NCBI GenBank assembly: GCA_951406725.2
Contig: OX597826.1
Coordinates: forward strand, 51,088,001-51,152,000
Direction: 5' to 3'
Origin: Octopus vulgaris
Lineage: Eukaryota
DNA: 64,000 nt
Shown here: piece after piece, positions 53,421 to 64,000 of the stretch
Layout of the letters: each line of letters begins with the position of its first letter
How positions within the stretch are numbered: the stretch's first letter is position 1
Notes under the pieces: model-generated
The model's input: only the letters and a program-made list of their open reading frames with translations
Told to the model about the DNA's origin: nothing
The model's database searches: none
Made by a program: the position numbers and the translations under genes

Positions 53421-54366
53421 GAAGGCATTACTTCTATGACCAAGTTACATCAGCCTCGGAGGTCAATAGTTACAACATTAAATTCAGAAGGTTCCCACCT
53501 ACAATCAAAGGCCTCGAGGTCTTCGAAGCGGACCTACTGGGTATGAACTTCAAAGTGAGATTCCATAAGTCCTCCAATCCTTTTCAGCGCAAGCTTTCTT
53601 CTGTTATATACCAGATTGGGCTTTACTGTTCTCTGATAAAACACATATACACACAAAGAAGATGCCGTCATGTATGATAGGCTGTTAGCGAATAACATCA
53701 CAAAAAATCATAGACACGTTTCACAAGACGCCTACAATAGCACAAACAACAACACCAAACAGGGTGGAAGAATCAGCTATGTGAAATGCTTTTATAGCCA
53801 TTAATGATCACAAACCGAACTTCGCTTCCGACCACAAGTAATATGTTGAAGCCACGGAGGTCCCCTTTTCGCTGCAACTAAATAACCACAGACGTAAGGT
53901 GTTTAAAAGAAGAGGGAACACCATACAGAATTAAATAGAAGCTCCTGAACGGAAGTAGGAGCAGGGAACTTTGCTCGCCCGAGAGGGCAAGGATCCTAAA
54001 AGATTTGCTTGATCTGGTGCCTTCTTAAATAAAAAAAAAGGAATTTTCTAGTCAGTGCCCTTACGATAAAAATTCATATTAGAAACATAGGCTTCTCTGC
54101 TTGCTGACTGATGAATGGAAAAACGTAGATAAACTGGTTCTTTTCGAACAGAACTGGAACCGTCCAAGGGGATGTAACACCGTCTCTCCCAGTCCCAGAA
54201 GTAGTTTTCAGGGCTTTTTCACCACCAAGCTGACCAAGATTGTAATTTTGCCTCCATTAGTTAAGAAGTAATGTACCTCAGTAGCAGTTCTGCTATGTCA
54301 ACAATATCGTTAAGTGCAATAATAGACGTTAAACCAATGGTAACTTTCTGACCGACCATAACGAAC

Positions 54367-54448
<82 letters not shown>

Positions 54449-54482
54449 AACAAACACAAACACAAACAACACACACACACAA

Positions 54483-54521
<39 letters not shown>

Positions 54522-54541
54522 CACATATATATATGTATATA

Positions 54542-54577
<36 letters not shown>

Positions 54578-54619
54578 TGTATGTATGTATGTATGTATGT
54601 ATGTATGTATGTACGAATA

Positions 54620-54760
54620 AGCGTGGCTGTGTAACAAGAAAGTTGTATCCTAGCCACATGGTTCTGTGTTAAGTCCTAAAGTGCCGTACCTTGGGCAAGT
54701 GTCTACTACAGCCTTGAGTCGGCCGAAAACTTGTGAGTGGGTTTGGTAGACGGAAACAAG
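54620..54760 (+). mobile_element. SINE family A, 5' fragment
   Basis: gcgtggctgtgt...accttgggcaagtgtct...tttggtagacggaaac. Confidence 0.7.
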
Positions 54761-54815
54761 GAGAGAAAAAAGGAGAGAAACAAGGAGAGAAAAAAGGAGA
54801 GAAAAAAAGGAGAGA

Positions 54816-54853
<38 letters not shown>

Positions 54854-55582
54854 TTGTGTATGTACCAAGCAAGTACTAGGTCGATGCAACCGAGTAACCC
54901 TCCACTCTCTAAAATTGCTGGCGTTATGCTAAAATTTGAAACCGTTATATTTTGTTGGTGGTGTTAATGTTATTGCCAATGTTCTTGCTATTGCTTTTGT
55001 TGTTACTAACTTACATTGTGTTTGCTGAAACAATTTAGAATAGACACTACAAGGTTTCTAAGGCATCGACAATCAAGAATTCCAATACGATGTTGGAATG
55101 TATGAGAACATGGACAAAATAACAGCATTGAAGGTTGGCATTTAACAAATGAGTAGCCATTATGCATCCTATATTACATAGATTAGTTTAGAAAATTAAA
55201 CGTGAGCAAAGTGCAAATGAGGTAATTATCTCGCAACTGTCTGGTGGTATTGATGGCTCAGCAAGAAACAGACATTATGGTGCAGAGAATGAATGACTTA
55301 AGAATATTGTAATTAGAAGATCCTGCTGTTAATGATTGATTGATTAATTAATTATCTATTTTCTCTAGCACTTAAATTATGAAAATGGTACAAGAACATT
55401 CTTAAAGTTCTCTGATTGCTGTTTTTTTCTTTTAAAAATTAATATTTTGGGATGGAAATTCAATTTTAATTTTATATTAAAGATTATTTTACACTTAAAG
55501 TTATTCTTTAAAAAAGTTACGATAAACGAGCATTTAATGAAATCCCGTGTCATATTTTAGCAGCAATAAAGCTTAAACGTTC

Positions 55583-55651
<69 letters not shown>

Positions 55652-55659
55652 CACACACA

Positions 55660-56030
55660 CACAAGATGCGATGGGTAAATTGTCACCATTTTTATTTTTA
55701 ATTTCGCGCATACGCATTGTTTGTTTTTCATTTTTGTCGGCTACACAGTATAGTAGGGTCAGTTGGGCACCATCTGTGAGACAAACAGCACCATGACGCA
55801 GTTCACTCTGCCAGAAATCTGGGAACGACATGCTGTACTGCTTGGCATTCGCGCCGGATGCTCCAAAATTTCTGCCAGGATCAGATGGTGAACACACAGA
55901 ACAACTGTTGGCGTGCCGTGTCTCCAAAACATGTATCAAGAGTGATAAAAAACAAACTTCCAGTGAACATCATGGTATTTGGAGTGATCAATAGTGATGG
56001 CGACGTTATACCTACATTCATCTTCCCTAT
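55660..56030 (+). mobile_element. Tc1/mariner (maT-like) internally deleted remnant
   Basis: QDQMVNTQNNCW...VNIMVFGVINSDGDVIPTFIFP resembles the catalytic-domain segment after the first Asp. Confidence 0.6.
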
Positions 56031-56959
56031 GAACTTACAGACGAAATTCCAAAGTAACAAGAAGCTGACTGAAACAACAACAACAACACACACACATGCA
56101 CTGACGCACATATACACACACTCACATATCCACGCGACAGGTGTCCACAGAGATACTCTGCCAAATTCATTTACAAGGCTTTGGTTAGCTCGAGTCAGTT
56201 TTAAAAGATGCTTGTCGAAGGTACTACAAAGTGTGACAGAATACAAATCGATATGGTTGCGAATGGTTGCGAAGCGAATTGAGGCGCTGAATCTATAGGT
56301 TTCTATTCAAACTGAAGTGACAATTGGTTATCGTCATCATCAACAAGCGTATAACTAAAAGCATTTCAGCAATTTCCAATATGAAAGCAAGTTCATATAA
56401 CCTGGGGTTTCTTAGATGCGTGGGTGGAAGATGCATTAGTGGGAAATGGAAGAATTGGGGGTGTGGGTAGGTGTGCGAAGTGTGAAGTGTGTTGGATGGG
56501 AGGTATATGGAAGGCGCCTGTGCGCGTGTGTTATATTTTAGTTTTGTAGTTGGTTGTGTAACATTTTCTGTAGTGAATTTCGGGTTCTTGTATGTTAAAG
56601 GAAATGGATCTTAACGCATTAATTACTTCTGTTTTGTAGCTGTAAACGTCCCTGCAGTATTATCTTCACGAGGTAATATTTATCCCTACTAAAACGTGGA
56701 TGTTCTGTTGGAACAACCTATACTGCAGTAGATGCTATGAGAGAATGGTGCTGGAGATGGCGGGAATTTATCTCCCTGCCAGCGATATAAACTAAAGTGA
56801 ATTTCGCACCAAAAACCAATATGAGTATTTCTCTCGTGTATCTACCGCAGTATAATTTCTTCTTACAGAACATCAACGTATAAGGGGTGATAAATATCTC
56901 TCAGTATTAATACTGCCTCTGTCGCTAATATGTATCTATATTATCCATCGATTACTGTC

Positions 56960-57165
56960 AGACTCGTTAGCACGCTGAACAAAACGCTTGGCGGTGTGTC
57001 TTCAGGCTTTACGTTCCGAGTTCAAAAATCCGCTGAGGACGACTTTGCCTTTCCTTCTTTGGGGATTGATAAAATAAACACCATTTGAGCACTGGGGTTA
57101 ATGTAATCTACTAGCTTCCTGTTTCCAAAATTCAGGCCTTTCCAAAATACAGTAAAAAGGATTAT
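56960..57165 (+). mobile_element. SINE family B, degenerate
   Basis: cgttagcacg...gagttcaaa...gactttgcctttcc...cactgggg. Confidence 0.65.
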
Positions 57166-60100
57166 TATCTCCCTCTGTTAGTTATGTCTTACCACTTAAA
57201 ATCTACCCCTAGTTTGTGTCTGTAAACTTCCCTACACTATTCTCTCTATTACTTATGCGTTAGCACGCTAATATCTACCCTTGCTTTGGTATAATTCATT
57301 CAAAGAATATTCTCTGTCTATCTGTTATTTCATTTGCTTTGCTTAGCCGGTCACCACATTTAATTTTAGCAACTTGACATTTAGGTAACTTTGGTTAGAT
57401 CTTCAACCATTTGCTATGCTTTTCTCCCTTTATTTGCTATGCATTTCTTTCTTTATTTGCTCCTCCGTGCATTCCATCCCTTCACATATTCCTTTAATCC
57501 AAGTTTCTTTCACTGCTTTAATTCCCTTTTTTTACTTTCTTACTGACCAATCTATATTCCAGCTCTGCTCTTTCTTTCGTTTCTGTTTCAGATCTCTCCT
57601 TTCATCAAAACTGATTAAAACATCTTTATTCATCCAGAGGATTCTTAACTTTCTTCTTTTAACCAATAATTCTGTCGGCTGTTGTTATTATTTCTTCAAA
57701 GGCACCTGATAATTCTCCAACATTTGCATCCAATAAAAGGTGCGAATTTTCCTCCTATATACGCTTTATATTCTACTGTTATGTTCGTCTTTTCCAAGAT
57801 CATATTTTATTCTTATATTTTGGTTCCTGATTTGAGCGTAATTGTTATTACCCTCATTAAAACTTTGTGATCGCTGCCAGTATCTGCATGTGTAAAAAAT
57901 CATGGATTAGCTCCATTTATACTCGATTTATAGCTTTACGGAAAGAGAATAAAATTACTCTGGTTATTAGACACTCTTCAAAATGGAAGCCTTGTTATTG
58001 TTCTCGAACATTTTATGTTGATGTACCATATTTGCTAAAATTAGTTTACGTTCTTTTGCGAATTCTAATAATTCTTTTCTTATCTTAGATATCCCCATAA
58101 GTCACATTTACCAAATGTTCATTTCCAAGTATTATGAACATTTAATCCAATCTTTCCATGCCATTCACTTTGAATTAAAAGAATATCTTTTTTTTTCTTG
58201 TTTTGTTTGCTAGCTGTTTTTCTCGATTTTCATAGAATTTTTCCATTTCATCATTATTACAACCGCTTGCAGGTACATAAATTTGGATGATTAAGATATT
58301 GTACGGCTTAGCTTGCAGTTTTGTTGTGCAATATTCTGCTACAAATCTGTGTATAATGTATTATTGACTTGACGGTATTTTCATACCCCATAAAATCTAC
58401 ACCCTTTCAGATTTGTTTTTCTTCCCCCTTAACGATATTTTATGCCCATTATTTGCCATGAATTCTCTACATTTCGTCCATCAATCTCATTACTATTCCA
58501 AGAATATCTCTTGATTTCGTAAGTCAGTTGTTGCGTTTTCCCAGGGTAATAAATAGACAGCACATTGCAATTGCCAAACATAAAGAAATGATGGCATGCC
58601 TTTGACTTTTGATTTAATTCTGTAGCAATTTATTGATTCTAAATAAACATCACAGGGTATAGTCGTTTCTATCCCAAAGCCCGTCCGATCTGGTACAGCA
58701 TTTAAGTCTGATTGTGTCTTCATACAGTGTTTCAAGAGGAAGGTAACCTCGTGATCCATATTTCCCCTTCATGTATGGTTAGTCGTTGACTTCTCTAGGA
58801 GACGCTCTTTCAGTTTTTGCTAGATTTTATTTTTCATCCTTTTGCGTCTCGACACTCTTTCAGAAAACATTACGAAAATATAACCTTGTTCTACAGATTA
58901 TGGCTTTTGAGGTCTTTGACTTTTTGTCATAAGTACGCAAACCATTTAATTATTTCATTACTAGTTTTCCATCTCTTTCCACAGATCTGATTGCTTCACT
59001 CCTAGGAATTCAATACGTCTTCCATAAAGAGAAGAAACAAAATGGAACTTATGACATTCATAACTTCCATTTTGTTTCCATTCTTTTTCTCAAGAACATT
59101 ATTGATGTTAATGAATTGAAATAATTATTCAAATATGAAATAGAACCAGCGCTAGTGTAATAAACATTATCGACCATACATACTTAACAAACATACACTG
59201 TATATTTGCCGGTAGGTTGCAATTTGGCGTGGTGGCGATTACTCTCTCAAAGTGCCGGATGTTAAAGCACCTGAAAGTCATGGACTGGTGAGAAAACTCA
59301 CACCAAATTCCATTCGGGAGTGATGGACATCGAGTTTTTGCCAATTTTGTGGCTTATCAACATCACGTACCCGAACCAAGTCGTAGGTGAATAGATCAAC
59401 AGTCCACGACTTATATGCATATAGTGTAAACACTATGTGCCGGTATATCCGGACGATGAATTGTTTTGAATAAATTCAAATATGAAATAGAAGCAGCGCT
59501 AGTGTAATAAACATTATCGACCATACATAGTTAATGTAAAAGCCCTATGTATTTGCCGGTAGGCTGCGATTTGGCGTGGTGGAAATAATTATATTCGACA
59601 TCGAATCTAGACTGTGACCTTCAGTTTGATTCCTTTGGAATGTAACTTTTATTTCATCATAGTCATTTCCTTATACTCCTTATTCTTTAATACTCCTTAT
59701 TCCTTAATACACTTCAAAGCAAATGATGGAAATTAATCATTTAACGGAACCGAAGTCTCTATGAGGTTCAACAATCAACTCCTGTTACTCCTCATAGTTA
59801 AGAGGAAAAGAGAGATATATTCTCCTGATTTGAACGCTAATCACTCTGAAGGAAATCAGGTGAACACGTTGGTGTAGCTGAAATATCCGTTTCCGAAACA
59901 TAACAAAACATGCATAGGATCTGAAATGACCACCCTTTCGTTAACAGTAATTCGGTGCGTCTAAATGTAAATAAGGACTTATTACAAAAGGATTATGACA
60001 CTATTTGCTCAGCGCATTAGGAACGGTCGCGCTAATCAACCTGAGATTATGACTGGTATTTATTTAATCTAGTTGAAAGGTAAAGCCGATCATTGCCACA

Positions 60101-60206
60101 AGTTTTGAATTTATAAATTAGAGGGATAAAACTAAATTCTTCAGCATATTCGTTTCTATCAGTTCACTCTCATTCTTGAGCAGTGATTCTCTAACAGGGT
60201 CGTTTG

Positions 60207-60425
60207 ATGGCAGAAACGTTAGCACACCGGGCGAAATGCTTAGCCATATTTCGTCTGCCGTTACGTTCTGGGTTCAAATTCCGCCGAGGTCGACTTAGCC
60301 TTTCATCCTTTCAGGGTCGATAAATTAAGTACCAGTTACACACTGGGGTTGATGTAATCGGCTTGATACCTTTGTCTGTCCTTGTTTGTCCCCTCTGTGT
60401 GTAGCCCCTTTTGGGTAGTAAATAA
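60207..60425 (+). mobile_element. SINE family B
   Basis: tggcagaaacgttagcacaccgggcgaaatgc...gggtagtaaataaa. Confidence 0.85.
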
Positions 60426-60607
60426 ATAAATAAATTGCTTACACTACTACAATACACTAAATATTTTAATAATTTTTTAAAATGCAATTCCTAATAATAT
60501 TTAATTATAAAAATATAAGATTTTTTTAGACATCAAATGGTTATGAGGGTCCATCTGAGTGAAAGAGAAAAATGGTTGAGAAAAACTATTCTACAGCGTA
60601 AGTAACA

Positions 60608-60740
60608 GTTGGAATAACGGAATAAAATAGTTGGAACAAGAGAATAAAATAGTTCGAACAAGAAAATAAAATAGATGGAACAAGAGAATAAAATAGTTGG
60701 AACAAGAGAATAAAATAGTTGGAATAAGAGAATAATATAA
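60608..60740. repeat. 22-bp minisatellite (TTGGAACAAGAGAATAAAATAG), about 6 copies
   Basis: Direct tandem units. Confidence 0.85.
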
Positions 60741-61334
60741 AATAAAATGGAAATGATAAAATTGAATTGAAGTGTTCAGTAGATAGAATAGTATTTAGAT
60801 TTGTAAGAAACTGAAAATAGATCAACCTGAACCGTTTTACAGACAAGATAACAATACTGCAGAAAGCAGCGATATTTTTATACTGTGAAAATGGTTCTGG
60901 AATCTGCAGACATTTCTTTGTTCTCACACCGGAAGTAGAGTGTCTGGTGAAAGAGAACTGAAGTATCGATGAACTGCCTGACATTTTATTACAACGTAAA
61001 TTTCATTTGAATAATAAATTTTAAGTAAGATTGTCGTTTATATTATTATCGTTTTGTATTAGTTTATCGTTCGTAGCCGATAATAAGATAATATAGTTTA
61101 GTATTCACAAAGCGAAACATATTGTTATTATGCATGGCACTTACCGAACAAAGAGCCACTACAAACGATAAATCATAAACTGCAAGTTAATATGTAACGA
61201 AAGTAATTAAAATCTTCACTTATCCTATCAATATTTCGATTTATTGTGAAGTTCATGAGTTTGGATAAGGTCGTATGTCGCAGGAAAAAAAAAAGAGATT
61301 CAAATGTTTCGGGGTTAACCCTTCATTCCTTATC

Positions 61335-61550
61335 TTTTACTTGTTTCAGACATTGTATTGTGGCCGTGCTGGGGCATCGTCTTGAAGAGATTTAATCAAA
61401 CAGATCAACTCCAGTAATTATGTTTTCTTTTTAAGTCAGCGACTTATTCTATCGTTTTACTTTTTCCCAACCGCTAGGTTACGGGGATATAAACAAACCA
61501 ACAACAATTATCAATTGGTGGTGACACACACACAAACATACACACACACA

Positions 61551-61606
<56 letters not shown>

Positions 61607-61720
61607 CTCTCTCACACACACAAGGAGTCTCTCAGTTTCCGTTTACCAGATCTACTCGCAAGGCTTTGATGAGCCTGAGGTTATAGTAGAAGACACTTGC
61701 CCATGGTGCCACGCAGTGAG
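61335..61720 (-). mobile_element. SINE family A, degenerate
   Basis: ttttacttgtttcag...(CA)n...tatagtagaagacacttgccc. Confidence 0.75.
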
Positions 61721-63016
61721 GTTCCACCCTACCCTCCACAAGGGTTTTGACTTATCCAAGGTAGTAGATTAGCAGAGTAAGTAGAGTGACAGACAAACTG
61801 CTTTGTGGTATTTAGTGCATACCTTTACGTCTCGAGTTCATATTTATACGTAAGAAAACAGAAATGCAAAACTATATTATTAGTTAGAAATTGATTTATT
61901 TTAACTAGTTAGAAATTAATTCTGAGTCGCTGTGTTGATTCTGTTTTTGAAAAAAAATCCTTGAAAACGTCTGAAGTTCAACCCTATTGTCCTATGGAAA
62001 TGACTTAGCCATGAATAAATGGCATTCATTGCCGTGGAAATAGCTGGTCACTTTGCAATGAGTAAATGACATTCGTTGTCTTGTGGAAAGCTAGTTAAAT
62101 GTTGGTTACTTATGCAGAACGGTTCCTTTAACCTGGTTGAGATAACTCACAGTCCACAGTTCTTGGGGTCAAAAACTAGCATCAAACACGACGTATCTAT
62201 ACTTTTTTTCAGTTGAACCAGTGAGGCCGATGGGGTGTGCAATGTCATACCGTAGATTCTAGATTGGTACGAATGAAAAAAATTCTTATCTGTACATTTG
62301 TATCATCCCCAAATTGTTCCTCTATTTCACATCAGACCACAGCAGAAGAGAAATCTTATAGTCAAACCTGAAACAGATCTGGGGTAGAGAAGGAATATCA
62401 TTGATGAAGTCGCGAATGACATTTGACCGACAAAACTCATTGGTTGATTAACCGAACGATTAGTCAAACAATCGATGAGTTAATTATTAAAGGATTAACC
62501 AATTGACTAATAATAAAGGAAGTGAAATAGAACGGGTGTGTGTGTGTGTTTATTGGCAAAATGGCCCTCCCAAGAAACAATAAAATCTGTAGTTGTCTTT
62601 CGACCTGTTAGAAATTCTGAGTGTGTGAGTGTGTGTGTGATTCCAATGGTTTTTTTTACAATCTGAAAGATGTAACTTTTTTATGTTTATTGTGAAAAAA
62701 TCGAGATATAGCTGTGGTGAGCTCTTGATGAGACTTCTTGAAAGATCTCAGAATTTTATCTCAGTAATTATTGAAATAAAATTCTGGCCGTTACCGACAA
62801 ACACTGAGTAAATTTTTCCCTCAGCTGCGTCTTAGTGTATTAAGAAGAAAAGAGAACATACTGGATTGTGTAGATCCTAATATACTAACAGGCAGGATGG
62901 TCATGGTTAAAATGCTTTTGACAATAGATCTACCTAATCGGGCAGACCTAGGACTAAGCAATAACAACGAAAACCACCCTTATCACCAGCACCAATAGCT
63001 TCAACAGCATCAGCAG

Positions 63017-63200
63017 TGGAGGCGCAATGGCCCAGTGGTTAGGGCAGTGGACACGTGGTCGTAAGAACGCGGTTTCGATTCCTAGACCGGGCATTGTAAA
63101 TGTTTATTGAGCAAAAACACCTAAGCTCCACGAGGCTCCGGTGGTGGTGGTGAACCCCGCTGTACTCTTTCACCACAACTTTCTCTCACTCTTTCTTCCT
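63017..63200 (+). mobile_element. SINE family C
   Basis: Close match to 16338-16520. Confidence 0.85.
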
Positions 63201-64000
63201 ACTTCTACCACAAAGCAGAGGAACCATGGTGTAACCCACTATGGTGTGGTAAACTTTCAGACCCTAGTCTACATTGCGAATCCTCTGTACTCCAGGATGG
63301 TTCAGCTCTCCACCCGTTAAAAGCCACCGTTTACGGAATGAGGTTAACGACATAGCTTTCGCGCCAGTGCAACCGCCAGTCTATCGCGTGTGGTGGGTGG
63401 ATCTTCAAGTTGCCACACGCATTCTTAGTTGCTTAGAGTAGGCTCGAATTAGATATTATTCTTTATGGCTAAGGACGTGAGTCCTGATTGGAAGAAGAAG
63501 AAGAAGAAGAAGAAGAAGAAGAAGAAGAAGAAGAAGAAGAAGAAGAAGAAGACAGTATCAGCACTACCAGCATCAGCATCAGCATCAACAGCATCAGCAG
63601 CAGCACCACCACCACCACCACCACCACCACCACCGCCACCATCTTATTAATATTACCAGCGTGAAGAATTTATACTAGAATGCCACATCGTTTTGTCATT
63701 CTTTTGTCAATATGTGTAAAAATTATAGTAATTAATTGCAGTTGTTCAAGTAATTAACTGGCATTTAAAAGTTTACGCGTTCTGGAAATTACTGTAATTC
63801 CGGTTAAAATTAACAAGTGTTCTCCTTTTAATTGTATCGCCAAAAATAAGAGAAAAGAAAAGTAAAAGCAAACCAAATTTAAAAAAAAATGAACTGAAAA
63901 TAAACGAGACCTTACAATAACGGCCATCACAAATTCAACACGAAGCCAGTTCTGTTACCACGTCTTTTGTTGTTTGGCACAAAGCAATTTTAACGCGTTC

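Noticed and set aside
54100-54135. CTGATGA...AAACGTA hammerhead-like motif (similar cases near 25285, 18345 and 59842)
   Set aside because: Stem I or II missing, or multiple core mismatches; not distinguishable from chance.
57300-59100. Decayed LINE on the minus strand
   Set aside because: Composition is suggestive but no diagnostic RT or endonuclease motif could be read.

Overview
Eukaryotic, AT-rich, microsatellite- and transposon-dense genomic DNA. The SINE repertoire and (TA)n/(CA)n/(TACA)n density suggest an octopus or related cephalopod (inferred). The only clear host gene is the 3' part of an inositol hexakisphosphate kinase (IP6K) on the + strand: three coding exons at 2701-2954, 4484-4659 and 5527-6069. 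The intron at 2955-4483 has full U12-type (minor spliceosome) signals. The remaining ~55 kb holds three tRNA-derived SINE families, decayed R4/Dong, RTE and CR1 LINEs, a Gypsy gag fragment, mariner/Tc1 remnants, two non-autonomous Helitrons and a MITE with perfect TIRs, an 8-bp TSD and telomere-like repeats. Notable RNA-level signals: (1) minimal type I hammerhead ribozymes tied to Penelope-like elements, two of them intact and one sitting between inverted arms; (2) a 28S rRNA 5' fragment captured antisense inside a LINE; (3) a 4-copy ~238-bp structured tandem unit partly resembling an HDV-like ribozyme; (4) a 47-bp-arm foldback. Most supplied ORFs are microsatellite artefacts.
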